Under the pieces are notes generated by a model. That model was given only the letters and a program-made list of their open reading frames with translations. It was not told the DNA's origin and ran no database searches. Source: the human T2T-CHM13v2.0 reference genome, Homo sapiens. From it: a stretch of DNA of 64,000 nucleotides. The position numbers and the translations under genes were made by a program. Shown here one piece after another: positions 28,150 to 44,165 of this stretch. Within the stretch, counting starts at the first letter, position 1. Every line of letters starts with the position of its first letter. The stretch lies in assembly GCF_009914755.1 (NCBI RefSeq), contig NC_060929.1; one strand, 5' to 3'.

Positions 28150-29082
28150 GTGTAGCATTTAGATGATCTGACAAATATATTGCACTTGCCCCTTCAGATG
28201 CACTTCTCGCCCACCTCCACTTTGTTCTCACTCCAGTAGGCTGACCTCCATGGAATAATCAACATATTTTCCTGCCCTCTGACTTCAGGTTATGTTCTGC
28301 CAATAGGGACCCCTGTCAAGAACTGTGAAGGGCCTTAGAGTTTACCCTACTTATAAGCATATGAGTTAGTTTGCCACAGTATCACAGATACCTCCCTGGT
28401 CAGAGACAAAAAAAAACTGTATCACTTACAGCAATAGCAGTAGCTAGGGTTTATGTGTTTCTTATGTCTGTTTCCCAAACCCTAATGTCCACAAGGCACT
28501 GTGAGAAAGGTCAGGTAACACCTGGTGCAGACAGGAGAAGCTTGAGCTTAGCAAACATGAATCTTACGGTGGATAGTAAGCAGCCATCCTTATCTCTGGA
28601 AGGAAATGCTATCATCTTCCCAGATTATTTGCCATACAAATATCCCTGAAAAGATGGAAAAAAGGCAGCATCGCCTTGGCTCTCAAGACATGCAGAAAGA
28701 CAAAACACTCATGGAGAACTTCTCCAAACGATCTCCAGGAAGAGATCCACGGGAGTGAGGAGACTGTGGTCAAATGTATTTATTTCCCTCCCTTGGAGGT
28801 TTAGTTGGTCTTGTTTTCCTCAATTGAAGGTCACTGTTTCTCTCAAGGTGATTTTCTAGACAACCCTCTCCTAAGTTGCAGGCATTACTCTCTCCTAGTC
28901 CAGTGGGTCTAGAGATGGTGACAGCTCCTCCTGTGTTCTGGCCCCAGGTTCTTGCAGTATCACATGCCATCCCCTTGTATCATGTCTGCTTCTTTATAAA
29001 TAGCTTCTTTATAATAAACCCTTCATGTTTTACTCCAGTCTGAGGGTGCCACCTGTTTCCTGCTGGGATCTTGAATGATACC
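28150..29082 (+). mobile_element. LTR33-like solo LTR split by an LTR40
   Basis: 'gccccttcagat...aggctgacct...tgccctctgacttc...gccaataggg' and end 'tgccacctgtttcctgctgggatcttgaatgatac'. Confidence 0.7.
28314..28730 (-). mobile_element. LTR40-like solo LTR
   Basis: 'tgtcaagaactgtgaaggg...ttttaccctactt...tgccacag...ggtcagagacaaa' through 'atggagaacttctccaaac'. Confidence 0.7.
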
Positions 29083-31674
29083 AAGGTCACTGAGTTATGG
29101 GAGTGGATGAGATGAAAACAAGAGACTGAACAGTGAGAATAAAAAGAGAGCAAAGGGAAAACCCTGAGAAATACCAGTGTTATGGCATGTGCAGAGAAAC
29201 ATGAGCCCATAAAGGAGCTTTTAGTGAGCACAAAAATTTTGCTTTTGGATTTTGTAGTATAGCCTCTCTTTTGATAATTTTATTATTGAAGCTGCTCTAG
29301 GGCTCTGTGTGAGATGGAAATTGTGCAGTGAAATGTGGGTGGCACTAGAGGAACATCAGCAGGATGGAAACCAGAGACCTCTGGATTGATTTTATTACCT
29401 ACTCTACAGGCTCAGAAATTTGATTTTGGTAGCATACTGCAAGTACCTCTGTTTCCAGAAATGCTGTAAATACCCTTTTACTTATTTTCAGTGAGAAATA
29501 ATACTGTCATCCAGATGGACTATATAAATCAGTATAGTCTACTTGTAGGCATGTCTCTGGGTCACCAAAACTTGCTAGTTTGGGTTGTTAAACAAGATGT
29601 TTCTGAAGCCAGGTTCCTTTGAGCTGGTCAACCATCTCTACTCTCTGGCCCTCATTTAAACATGGTATCTCTAGACCACCCCTCCTTCTGATTGTCATAG
29701 AATTTCTTTAGAATCATTACTAGGGTTGATCAGACAATGGCTATATTCTTACTTTTCCTACTTGTAGCAATAGAAATATTTTGCTCTAGGGAACATTCTT
29801 TTTTTTAACTTTTATTTTAAGTTAGTGGGTAGATGTACACGTTTGTTACATAGGCAAACTTTCATCATGGGGGTTTGTTGTATAGATTATTTCATCACCC
29901 AGGTATTAAGACTAGTATCTATTAGTTGTTTTTCCTGATCTGCTCCCTCCTCACACTCTCCACCCTCAAATAGGCCCCAGTCTGTGTTGTTCCCATCTAG
30001 GTGTCCGTGTGTTCTCATCATTTAGCTACTACTACTAAGTGAGAACATGTGGTATTTGGTTTTCTGTTCCTGTGTTATTTCGCTAAAGATAATGACCTCC
30101 AGCCCCATCCATGTCCCTGCAAAGGACATGATCTCTTTATTTTTTATGGTTGCATAGTATTCTATGGTGTATATGTACCACATTTTCTTTATCCAGTCTG
30201 TGATTGATGGGCATTTAGGTTGATTCTGTGTCATTGGTATTGTGAACAGTGCTGCTGTGAACATACATGTGCATCTGTCTTTATGATGGAACAATTTATA
30301 TTTCTTTGGGTGTATACCCGGTAATGAGATTGCGGGTCAAATGTTATTTCTATTTTTAGGTCTTTGAGGAATTGCCACACTGTCTTCCATAATGGCTGAA
30401 CTAATTTACACTCCCTTCAACAGTGTATAAACATTCCCTTTTCTCCACAACCTCACCAGCATCTGTTATTTTTTGACTTTTTAATAGTAGTCATTCTGAC
30501 TGGTGTGAGACAGTATCTCATTGTGGTTTTGATTTGAATTTCTCTAATGAGCACCAATGTTGAGCTTTTATTATGATTGTTGGCCACATGTATATCTTCT
30601 TTTCAAAAACGTCGGTTCATGTCCTTTGCCCACTTTTTAATGGGGTTATTTGTTCTTGTAAATTTGTTTAAGTTCCTTTGAGATGCTGGATATTAGACCT
30701 TTGTCAGATGCATAGTTTGCAAAAATTTTCTCGCATCCTGTAGGTTGTCTGTTCACTCTGTTGGTAGTTTCTTTTGCTGTACAGAAGCTCTTTGGCTTAA
30801 TTAGATCCTGTTTGTCAATTTTTGCTTTTGTTGTGATTGCTTTAGCTGTCTTCATCATTAAATCTTTGCCCATGCTTGTGTCCCTAATAGTATTACCTAG
30901 GTTGTCTTCCAGCATTTTTATAGTTTTGGGTTTTACATTTAAGTCTTTAATCTATCTTGACTTAATTTTTGTATATGATGTAAGGAAGGGGTCTAATGTT
31001 TCCATCTTCTGCATATGGCTAGCCAGTTATCCTAGCACCATTTATTGAATGGGGAATCTTTTGCCATTGTTTGTTTTTGTCAGGTTTGTCAAAGATCAGA
31101 TAGTTGTAGGTATATGGTCTTATTTCTAGGTTCTCTATTCTGTTCCATTAATCTATGTGTCTGTTCTTGTACCAGTACCATGCTGTTTTGGTTACTGTAG
31201 CCCTGTAGTATAGTTTAAAGTCAGGTAGCATGATGCCTCTAGCTTTGTTCTTTTTACTTGGCCTTGCCTTGACTATATGGGCTCTTTTTTGGTTCCCTAT
31301 GAATTTTAAAATAGTTTTTCCTAGTTCTGTGAAGAATGTCAATGGTAGTTTAATGGGAGTAGCACTGAATCTAAAAACTGCTTTGGGAAATGTGACCATT
31401 TTAATGATATTTATTCTTCCTATCCATGAGGATGGAAGGTTTTTCCATTTGTTTGTGTCATTCCTGATTTCTTGGAGCAGTGGTTTGTAGTTCTCCTTGT
31501 AGAGCTCTTTCACCACCCTAGTTAGCTGTATTTCTAGATATTTTATTCTTTTTGTGGCAGTCATGGAAGGAATTCTTTCATGATTTGGCTCTTGGCTTGA
31601 CTATTGGTGTATAGGAATGCTGGTGATTTGTGCACATTGATTTTGTATCCTAAGACTTTGTTAAAGTTGTTTCT

Positions 31675-31908
31675 CTTTTTTTTCCTAAATTCATGCCTTT
31701 TATTAATATGTTGTAAGATGATTTGACATTAACAAAGGAATTATCAATGATGCAGTCCATGTTAGTTCCTTTTCTAAAGGTAAGACTTTGCCAGTAGACA
31801 TAGCTTATAGTCTACTGATGTTCAAAATACTCAAGCAAGTATTTTTTCCAGGTTGTTTAGTTATGTAGTATACCTCTAAGGATTTTACTTGAAATGCACT
31901 TTGGGATT
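31675..31908 (-). other. L1 3' transduction (second polyA plus ~225 bp non-L1 DNA)
   Basis: Inside the TSD; T-run 31676-31683, AATAAA (minus) at 31699-31704, L1's own T-run from 31911. Confidence 0.85.
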
Positions 31909-32138
31909 TCTTTTTTTTTTAAATTTTATTATTATTATACTTTAAGTTTTAGGGTACATGTGCACAATGTGCAGGTTTGTTACATATGTATACATGTGCC
32001 ATGTTTGTGTGCTGCACCCATTGACTTGTCATTTAGCATTAGGTATATCTCCTAATGCTGTCCCTCCCCCCTCCCCCTACCCTACAGCAGTCCCTGGTGT
32101 GTGATGTTTCCCTTCCTGTGTCCTTATGTTCTCATTGT

Positions 32139-35976
<3,838 letters not shown>

Positions 35977-36024
35977 TTATTTTGCTCGTTAGTTGATGCA
36001 GTTTCTTCCTAGCCTTGATGGTTT

Positions 36025-37038
36025 TCACAATTAGGCATGTTTTTGCAGTGGCTGGTACTGGTTTTTCCTTTCCATGTTTAGCGCTTCCTTCAGGAGCTCT
36101 TTTAGGGCAGGCCTGGTGGTGACAAAATCTCAGCATTTGTTTGTCTGTAAGTATTTTATTTCTGCTTCACTTATGAAGCTTAGTTTGGCTGGATATGAAA
36201 TTCTGGGTTGAAAATTCTTTTCTTTAAGAATGTTGAATATTGGCCCCCACTCTCTTCTGGCTTGTAGAGTTTCTGCCAAGAGATCAGCTGTTAGTCTGAT
36301 GGGCTTCCCTTTGTGGGTAACCCGACCTTTCTCTCTGGCTGCCCTTAACATTTTTTCCTTCATTTCAACTTTGGTGAATCTGACAATTATGTGTCTTGGA
36401 GTTGCTCTTCTCGAGGAGTATCTTTGTGGCGTTCTCTGTATTTCCTGAATTTGAATGTTGGCCTGCCTTGCTAGATTGGGGAAGTTTTTCTGGATAATAT
36501 CCTGCAGAGTGTTTTCCAACTTGATTGCATTCTCCCCATCACGTTCAGGTACACCAATCAGACGTAGATTTGGTCTTTTCACATAGTCCCATGTTTCTTG
36601 GAGGCTTTGTTAATTTCTCCATATTCTTTTTTCTCTAAACTTCTTTTCTCGCTTCATTTCATTCGTTTTGTCTTCCATCGCCTATACCCTTTCTTCCAGT
36701 TGATCACATCAGCTACTGAGGCTTGTGCATTCGTCACGTGGTTCTCATGCCATGGTTTTCAGCTCCATCAGGTCCTTTAAGGACTTCTCTGCATTGGTTA
36801 TTCTAGTTAGCCATTCGTCTAGTTTTTGTTCAAGGTTTTTAACTTCGTTGCCATTGGTTCAAGCTTCCTCCTTTAGCTTGGAGTAGTTTGATCTTCTGAA
36901 GCCTTCTTCTCTCAGCTCATGAAAGTCATTCTCTGTCCAGCTTTGTTCCATTGCTGGTGAGGAGCTGCATTCCTTTGGAGGAGGAGGGGTGCTCTGATTT
37001 TTAGAGTTTCCGGTTTTTCTGCTCTGTTGTTTCCCCAT
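36025..37038 (-). pseudogene. L1 ORF1, disrupted
   Basis: KRPNLRLIGVPE, REKGRVTHKGKPIRLT, YPAKLSF; frameshift near 36150. Confidence 0.93.
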
Positions 37039-38495
37039 CTTTGTGGTTTTATCTACCTTTGGTCTTTGATGATGGTGATGTACAGATGGGTTTTTGGTGT
37101 GGATGTCCTTTCTGTTTGTTAGTTTTCCTTCTGACAGTCAGGACCCTCTGCTGCAGGTCTGTTGGAGTTTGCTGGAGGTCCACTCCAGACCCTGTTTGCA
37201 TGGGTATCAGCAGTGGTGGCTGCAGAACAGCGGATATCGGTGAACCGCAAATGCTGCTGCCAGATTGTTGCTTTGGAAGTTTTGTCTCAGAGGAGTACCC
37301 GGCCGTTTGAGGTGTCAGTCAGCCCCTACTGGGGGGTGCCTCCCAGTTAGCCTACTCGGGGGTCAGGGACCCACTTGAGGAGGCAGTCTGCCCTTTCTCA
37401 GATCTCAGGCTGTGTGCTGGGAGAACCACTACTCTCTTCAAAACTGTCAGACAGGGACATTTAAATCTGCAGAGGATATTGCTGCCTTTTGTTTGTCTGT
37501 GCCCTGCCGCCAGAGTTGCACCCTACAGAAGCAGGCAGGCCTCCTTGAGCTGTGGTGGGCTCCACCCAGTTTGAGCTTCCTGGTCACTTTGTTTACCTGC
37601 TGAAGCCTCAGCAATGGCAGGCACCCCTCCCCCAGCCTCGCTGCCACCTTGCAGTTTGATCTCAGTCTGCTGTGCTAGCAATGAGTGAGGCTCTTTGGGC
37701 ACAGGACCCTCCGAGCCAGGTGTGGGATATAATCTCCTGGTGTGCCGTTTGTTAAGTCGGTTGGAAAAGCGCAGTATTAGGGTGGGAGCGACCTGATTTT
37801 CCAGGTGCCGTCTGTCACCCCTTTCCTTGACTAGGAAAGGGACTTCCCTGCCCCCTTGCACTTCCCGGGTGAGGCGATGCCTCTCCCTGCTTCGGCTCAC
37901 GCACGGTGCACTGCACCCACTGTTCTGCACCCACTGTCTGGCAATCCCCAGTGAGATGAACCGGGTACCTCATTTGGAAATGCAGAAATCACCCGTCTTC
38001 TGCGTCGCTCAGGCTGGGAGCTGTAGACTGGAGCTGTTCCTATTTGGCCATCTTGGCTCCACCCCTGAAGTTGTTTCTTAAGCTGTTTGTTTAGGAATCT
38101 TTTGGGCTGAGATAATGGGGTTTTCTAGATGTAGGATCATGTCTTCTGCAAACAGGGATAGTTTGACTTCCTGTCTTCCAGTTTGAATGCCCTTTATTTA
38201 TTTCTCTTGCCTGATTGCCCTGGCCGGAACTTCCAGTACTATGTTGAATAGGAGTGGTGAGAAAGGGCATCCTTGTGGCAGTTTTCACTGGGAGAATGCT
38301 TCCAGCTTTTGTCTATTCAGTATGATATTGGCTGTGGGTTAGTTATATATGGCTGTTATTAATTTGAGGTATATTCCTTTAATACCTAGTTTATTGAGAA
38401 TTTTTAACGTGAATGGATATTGAATTTTATCAAAAGCCTTTTCTGCATCTATTGAGATCATCATGTGGTTTTTGTCTTTAATTCTTTTATATTAC

Positions 38496-38615
38496 CCTCA
38501 AGTCCATTTTGTATGGACTCTGATGTCTACTGCTTTCACTGTTGTTGCCCCTTTATCCAGGGCATTAGGTAGTCTGTTTCTTCTTGCCCTCTCTGGTGTT
38601 CCTGATGTGCATCTC
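38496..38615 (-). ncRNA. Candidate antisense internal exon (120 bp)
   Basis: Minus strand: ccttcctccccatattaccag| acceptor and GAGG|gtaata donor; stops in all frames. Confidence 0.3.
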
Positions 38616-39779
38616 CTGGTAATATGGGGAGGAAGGATGTGTGTCTTATTATACACACAGTTTAGCATGGCTTTGAGACAACCCATATGAAGGTCAAATG
38701 TGAAGAGGCATATGAAGTGCTTTACAAAATACTTAACATACATAAGTAGCCAGTAAATGGTTGCTATGGCTGTTATTAATGAAATGGTTAGAAGACATTC
38801 TGCTGCTGAGATATTGATGAGAAATTAGGAAATATTTTCTGCCTTTTTTTAAGTATGCTTTATATTAGTCATGGGTGTAGAATATTGAGACCAGAAGATG
38901 TTTTCATTATTTAATGGGGGTGGGTGTCTTCTTTTGAAACTCATGGAATGAACCTGATTGTCAATATGAGTGAATTGGTAATTTCCAATGAATTGTGCTA
39001 TGTCTTACAAGAAGGATTACAAAAGTATTCAAAAAGTATTACAAAAGTATTACTCTCTGGTGAAATGTAGTATAAGAAATCCAACTTGCAAGTAAGATAT
39101 ATTTAGAACAAATCCATAGTACAAGAATTACCATTAGTCAGGAAATCTATTTTTAATGTGCATTAGGATGAGGACAAATATTAAGGTAAGAAGTACTTGT
39201 ACCAGGGAGTGTTAAGAGAAATATTAATATATCCTTTAACTGACCTAGGTTTATTTTTACTTTAGCCATAACCAGTTTTGATTTAGCTTTCCATTTTAAA
39301 ATTAAAGTGAAGTGCTGTAGTCATTCCCATAAAAAATTTAAACTAAATTTACTATATTTTTTTCATGCAGTTGGTAATTTCAATAATCAAGAATATTGGA
39401 AACTAATTTTGGACAGCCTGTTGAGGTGACATGTGAGTGGAATGGAGTTAGAAAGTAGCCACCTTGGAAATTTACCAAATTCAAGTTATCCAACAATAAT
39501 ATAATTGTCTCCAAGAAAAATCAAATACAACACATCCTAAGGAAGGGCCAGAATGTGTCCATTAAAATTGGAATTCTATGACTGGAATTGAGTACCTGAG
39601 ATTGCAAATGCGCATTTTGGATGTACATATTTAAATTTAGTAATGTGACGATCCTATAAGTTGTAGAACAACTTAGCTCCCTTTTTTATTAAGCAGTATA
39701 GCTAATTCATAATTGTAATTAAATAAATCATCTGATGAAGGCTTTTTATACTAGGATTTATTTGGACCATTTCTATTAC

Positions 39780-40027
39780 TAATCATAGTTAGCACTTATT
39801 GAGTGCTTATATGCCAAGTACTGTTTTAAGTTTTTTGCACGTAATAATTAACTTAACGTTCCTAATGATCCTATAAGGAAGGCACTATTGTTTTACAGAT
39901 GAGACGAGTAAGGCACAGAAAGTTTAAGTAACAGTAACTTGCCTAAAGCCACACAGCAAGCAAGTGTTAAAGGTCGGATACAAATCCAAGTAGTCTGGCT
40001 TCAGGCTCTGTGTTCTTAACCACTGTT
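39780..40027 (-). mobile_element. MIR, near full length
   Basis: 'cacttattgagtgctta...ttttacagatgag...aggcacagaaagtttaagtaac...gccacacagc...cttaaccact'. Confidence 0.85.
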
Positions 40028-40032
40028 ATAAA

Positions 40033-40839
40033 TAGTCAATCCCTGAACAAAATGGGTTTGAACTGTGAGGTCTACTTACATGTGGAGTTTTTTCAATAAA
40101 AGTTATGCCAAGTGTGCCTGTGCCTCTTGCTTCCCCTTTCACTTCCTCCACCTCCTCTGCCTCTGTCACCCCAGAGACTGAAAGACAGATCCCTCCTCTT
40201 CCTCTACCTCTTCAGCCTACTTAACACGAAGACGAGGATGAAGCCTTTGTGATGATGCATTTCCACTTGATGAATAGTAAACATATTTTCTCTTCCTTAT
40301 GATTTTCGTTTTTTCAGATTAAAATTTATTTATGATCTTACGGCCACTTTGCAAAAACAGTTGTGAAACAATAAATTGGTTTATTACTTAATATGGGGTG
40401 TGAAATTGTAACAAGGCATAACATCCAAGTGACTAAAAGTTCTTTACTTAGTTTATTGATTAGGTTGATTGTGACTTCTACTTCTCTCTGTAAGATATTA
40501 AAACCATACTGCCTGTTTAGATTTGGTTCTTATCCATGGCCTTATTGGTCTTAATTGTCCTGTGTGTTGCAATTCCGGGTTTGCAATTTGGTTAAGTTTT
40601 TTTGGAAAAGTTATGATTTTCTTAATAACATTTACTTTTCTCTAGCTTACTTTAGTATAATAATATAATACATGTAACATACAAAATATGTATTATTTTA
40701 CTGTTTATGGCATTGGTACGCCTTCTAGTCAACAGTAGGCGATTAGTAGTTAAGTTTTGGAGAAGCCAAAAGTTATACATGGGTTTTTAACTGTGTGGGG
40801 GTTGGCGTCCCTAACCCCACATTTTTCAAGGGTCAACTG
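40033..40839 (+). mobile_element. Tigger2-family (Tigger2a/2b, MER28-like) DNA transposon, interrupted at 40308-40610
   Basis: TIRs 'tagtcaatccctgaacaa' and 'ttcaagggtcaactg|ta'; internal 'gaagacgaggatgaag...ccacttgatgaatagtaaa'. Confidence 0.85.
40308..40610 (-). other. Orphan L1-mediated retro-insertion of non-repeat sequence
   Basis: Perfect 11-bp TSD ttatgattttc (40297-40307 and 40611-40621), T-run 40309-40314, AATAAA (minus) at 40325-40330. Confidence 0.8.
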
Positions 40840-40967
40840 TACTCATTCTTATTTTTGCCAATGTTTTTTTCTTACTGACTTTGCTAGTTGATAAGAATAA
40901 GCTGCCTATATGTCTTACCATCTATAAATCCTCATTTTAAAAACATTTCTTCTTATGAAACAATTCT

Positions 40968-41073
40968 TTTTTTTATTATTATTTTTAGTAGAAATGGGGT
41001 TTCACCGTGTTAGTTAGGATGGTCTCAATGTCCTGACCTCATGAACCACCCTCCTCGGCCTCCCAAAGTGCTG
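40968..41073 (-). mobile_element. Alu left-arm fragment (Sc/Y-type diagnostics) with its own TSD
   Basis: 'tttcaccgtgttag..aggatggtctc..cctgacctcatga'; flanks cttatgaaacaattct/cttatcaaacttaattct. Confidence 0.8.
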
Positions 41074-41359
41074 CTTATCAAACTTAATTCTATGATTCAA
41101 ACACAACAGTCTTGCTAATACTCCAAATTCTCTTTCCCCTCTGTCTTTTGCATCTGGCAAAGCCTCATTCCTAATGAGCCCAAGTATTTGTTTCTTTGGT
41201 ATTTACTCCATAACAACCAAGAACAGCTGGACAAAGTTACACAGTAGAGCAAATGTTTCTACTGTGTAGTAGATATCACCAACCTCAGGCGAGTGTTACA
41301 TGCTGCCTTCGCGGTATGTCTCTGATCAACTTACTCTCTCATTTAGAGTGGCCTTTGCA

Positions 41360-42270
41360 AACTCTGGCCAATTGTGTTTTTCAAAAAACACATAGAACAA
41401 TATCCTACTAACTGGTAAAACAATGTGAGTTTGCTGTTTCTTTTATTAGAGTGCTGAGGTCTATGTTACCTTGTTACTTAAGAAGTGGCATTCAAGGAAG
41501 TCATAAAAGGTGGTACGGTTTTCACCTGGTTCTCTTGGGAGGCTTTCTTCTACAACCCATGTACCATGCTATAACAAAGCCCAAGCAGCCTCCTGGAAAG
41601 CCTCCAGACACATGTAGATGTTTGCTATGGGCTGAATGTTTGCATTTCCTCCAAATTCATATGTTGAAATCCCAACCCGTAATATGATGGTATTAGGGGG
41701 GTAGGGCCTTTTGGAGGTGATTAGATCATGAAGGTGGAACCCTGATGAATGAGATCAGTGCCCTTTTAAGAGACATAGGAGCTTCTGCACATTCCATCTC
41801 TGTCTGCCCTCCACTATTTGAGGATACAAATAGAAGCTGGCTATCTGTAAACCAGGAATTGGTCCCTCATCAGACAGCGGATCTGCCAGCAGCTTAATCT
41901 TAGACTTTCCAGCCTCCAGAATTGTAAGAAATAAATTTCTGTTAAGCCATCTAGTCTATAGTATTTTGCGATAGCAGCCCAAACTAAGATATTTCATTCA
42001 ATTGCCTCAGCTGAGATCCTAAACAATAGCCAGTACCACTCTCCAGATATGTGAGAGAGTGAACTTTCAGAGGATTTCAGGCCCTAACCTACTACCAGCC
42101 TTCACATCTTCTCAGCTGAGGTCATAGACATTGTGGAGTAGAAATAAGCCATCCCTGGTGTGCCATATTCGTATTCTGACACATAGAATTTTAAATAATA
42201 GTAAAATGGTTATTATTTTATGCTACCAAGTTTGATTTGTTATACAGGATTAATAATAGTAACTGAAATA
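41360..42270 (+). mobile_element. Old MLT1 (F-H-like) LTR interrupted by MLT1A, within an L2 relic (about 41100-42570)
   Basis: 'ttctcagctgaggtcatagacattgtggag..aagccatccc' and 'ggttattatttta..tttgttatacag'. Confidence 0.55.
41623..41991 (+). mobile_element. MLT1A0-like solo LTR
   Basis: tgctatgggctgaatgttt...ccaaattcatatgttgaaatc...atagcagcccaaactaagata. Confidence 0.85.
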
Positions 42271-42589
42271 CCTTCTCAATTGTTTTTTAAACTTCTCTCT
42301 CCTCACTTGGAGCATGTAATCTTACCATCAACTTCAGAGCAAATAGAAGTGATCAGATGAGAATGCCTTTTTATTTTCACTAACAAACATACTAACTTAC
42401 CTGTATATACACTCATTCTGTTCTTCTTTTTGTCTGATATTTTAGAAGAGTAGTTTATCCTACTTAAGGCTAATAATCTCTACTTGTTCTATGTAACCTG
42501 TACCATCTTGCCAATAAACTAGAAAGAGTTACTATCTCTTTTGTTATATTTTGACCTCTTCCCTTTGAAGTGGACCTGCCCCATTTCAA

Positions 42590-43030
42590 AAAGTATTGAG
42601 GTATAATTGAAGTAGATAATCCCAGATATGAAAATGTACAAACTGATTGGTTTTGACTTATGCATTCACCTGAGAAACCATCACCACAATCAAGACAGTG
42701 AATATTTAACCCCAAAAGTTTCCTAATGCCCATTTGCAGCCCATCCCATACTTTTCAAGCAACCACTGAACTTCTTTCTGTCACTACAGATCAATGTGTA
42801 AGTTTTAGAAGTTTATATAAAGGGAATCATGCAGTAGGTACTCTTACCTGGGCTCTTTTATTTAGCATATTGATTTTCAGATTCATTCATGTGATTGCAA
42901 GTATCAGTTGCTGTTTACTTTTTATTGCGAGTAGCATGTGAGTAGTATACCATTGTATAGCTAGTTTCTGATTTATATTCACTTGTTGATGGGCTTTTGT
43001 GTTGTTTCTAGTTTTTTTAAGTTTTAAATA
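42590..43030 (-). mobile_element. L1M (L1ME/MC-like) 3' end fragment
   Basis: 'tattgaggtataattga...gaaaccatcaccacaatcaaga...ttcagattcattcatgtg'. Confidence 0.7.
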
Positions 43031-43040
43031 TATGTAGCAT

Positions 43041-43081
43041 TATATATGTGTGTATATAGATATATAATCATATATATGTGG

Positions 43082-43121
<40 letters not shown>

Positions 43122-43155
43122 CATCTAGGTAGTATGATAAATACACACACATATA
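43041..43155. repeat. (TA)n/(CA)n microsatellite
   Basis: About (CA)15 at 43089-43120 inside a TA-rich stretch. Confidence 0.9.
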
Positions 43156-43785
43156 CAAGTCTGGTTATGGGTTTTCTATTTAGTTTCCATAGGATATTTA
43201 TCATTCTCTGTGCTAATACCATGTTTTACTTTAATAAGACAAGTTCCCTGTCTTTAATTAAATACTTCAAAATAGAGCTATTTTTGCCTAAAAGACGCTA
43301 CTTTATCTCCTCAATTTATAAATCTCCGGTTGGTTAAGCATTTCTTCCAATGACTAAGCCAACTTTGTCCTTGACAAATCATAAGCCTGTTTCTCAAGGC
43401 TAATATTCTTCATGAAGAATAGGCATTAGTTATGTCAGCTTGCTAGTATTAGAGTCATTTGCAGTAAATTTTGTTGAGAACAAGCTAAAAATATTTATAG
43501 TTTTTATTTATATTTTCTTTCTATTTTATTATATGGTCAGGATATTTTACTGGCTAAGCTCTCCGTTCTCAGTGTCAGTGGATTGGCACAATGACATGTT
43601 GTGGTCTGTTCTGCAGCGTGTAGCAAAACCATTTCTTGTCCTAACACTTGCTGAAATTATGCCAAATATTTTATCTTAATTATTAATGATATATGGCTAG
43701 TGGATCCAAGAATTCTGGCCTTCTAGACCTCCATTATCTCTCCTCATTCACAAAAAGATTCCCAAGGAAGGTGTTTCTCTATGTA

Positions 43786-44165
43786 TAATATGGTTTGGCT
43801 CTGTGTCCCCACCCAAATCTCATGTTGAATTGTGATCCCACGTATTGGAGGTAGGGCCTGGTGGGAGGTGACTGGATCATGGGGACAGATTCTGCCCTTG
43901 CTGTTCTAATGATAGTGAGTGAGTTCTCACAAGATCTGGTTGTTTGAAAGTGTGTAGCATTTCCCCCTTTACTCTCTCTCCTTCTCTGTCATGGTAAGAT
44001 ATGCTTGCTTCTCCTTCACCTTCTGCCATGATTTTAAGTTTCCTGAGGCCTTCCAGCCCTGCTTCCTGTACAGCCTGCAGAACTGTGAGTCAATTAAACC
44101 TCTTTTCTTCATAAATTACCCAGTCTTAGATAGTTCTTTAGAGTAGTGTTGGAATGGACTAGTAA
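43786..44165 (+). mobile_element. MSTA-like solo LTR
   Basis: taatatggtttggctctgtgtccccacccaaatctc...aattaaacctcttttcttcataaattacccagtct. Confidence 0.88.

Larger units (their letters stand above)
27465..29225 (-). mobile_element. L2 relic (27465-28150 and 29085-29225) interrupted by LTRs
   Basis: 'tcattcttccaatacattttta...' reverse L2 3' end; 'gagacatccatgtgag', 'ggagtggatgagat' L2 body. Confidence 0.65.

Noticed and set aside
31801-31824. tagcttatagtctactgatgttca resembles mature miR-21 (tagcttatcagactgatgttga)
   Set aside because: Needs an internal indel and the flanks do not match pre-miR-21; the local stem (cagtagac/gtctactg) is only 8 bp, so probably chance
39017-39053. Three copies of an ~11-bp unit (caaaagtatta)
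   Set aside because: Ordinary short slippage repeat; no spacers, not CRISPR-like
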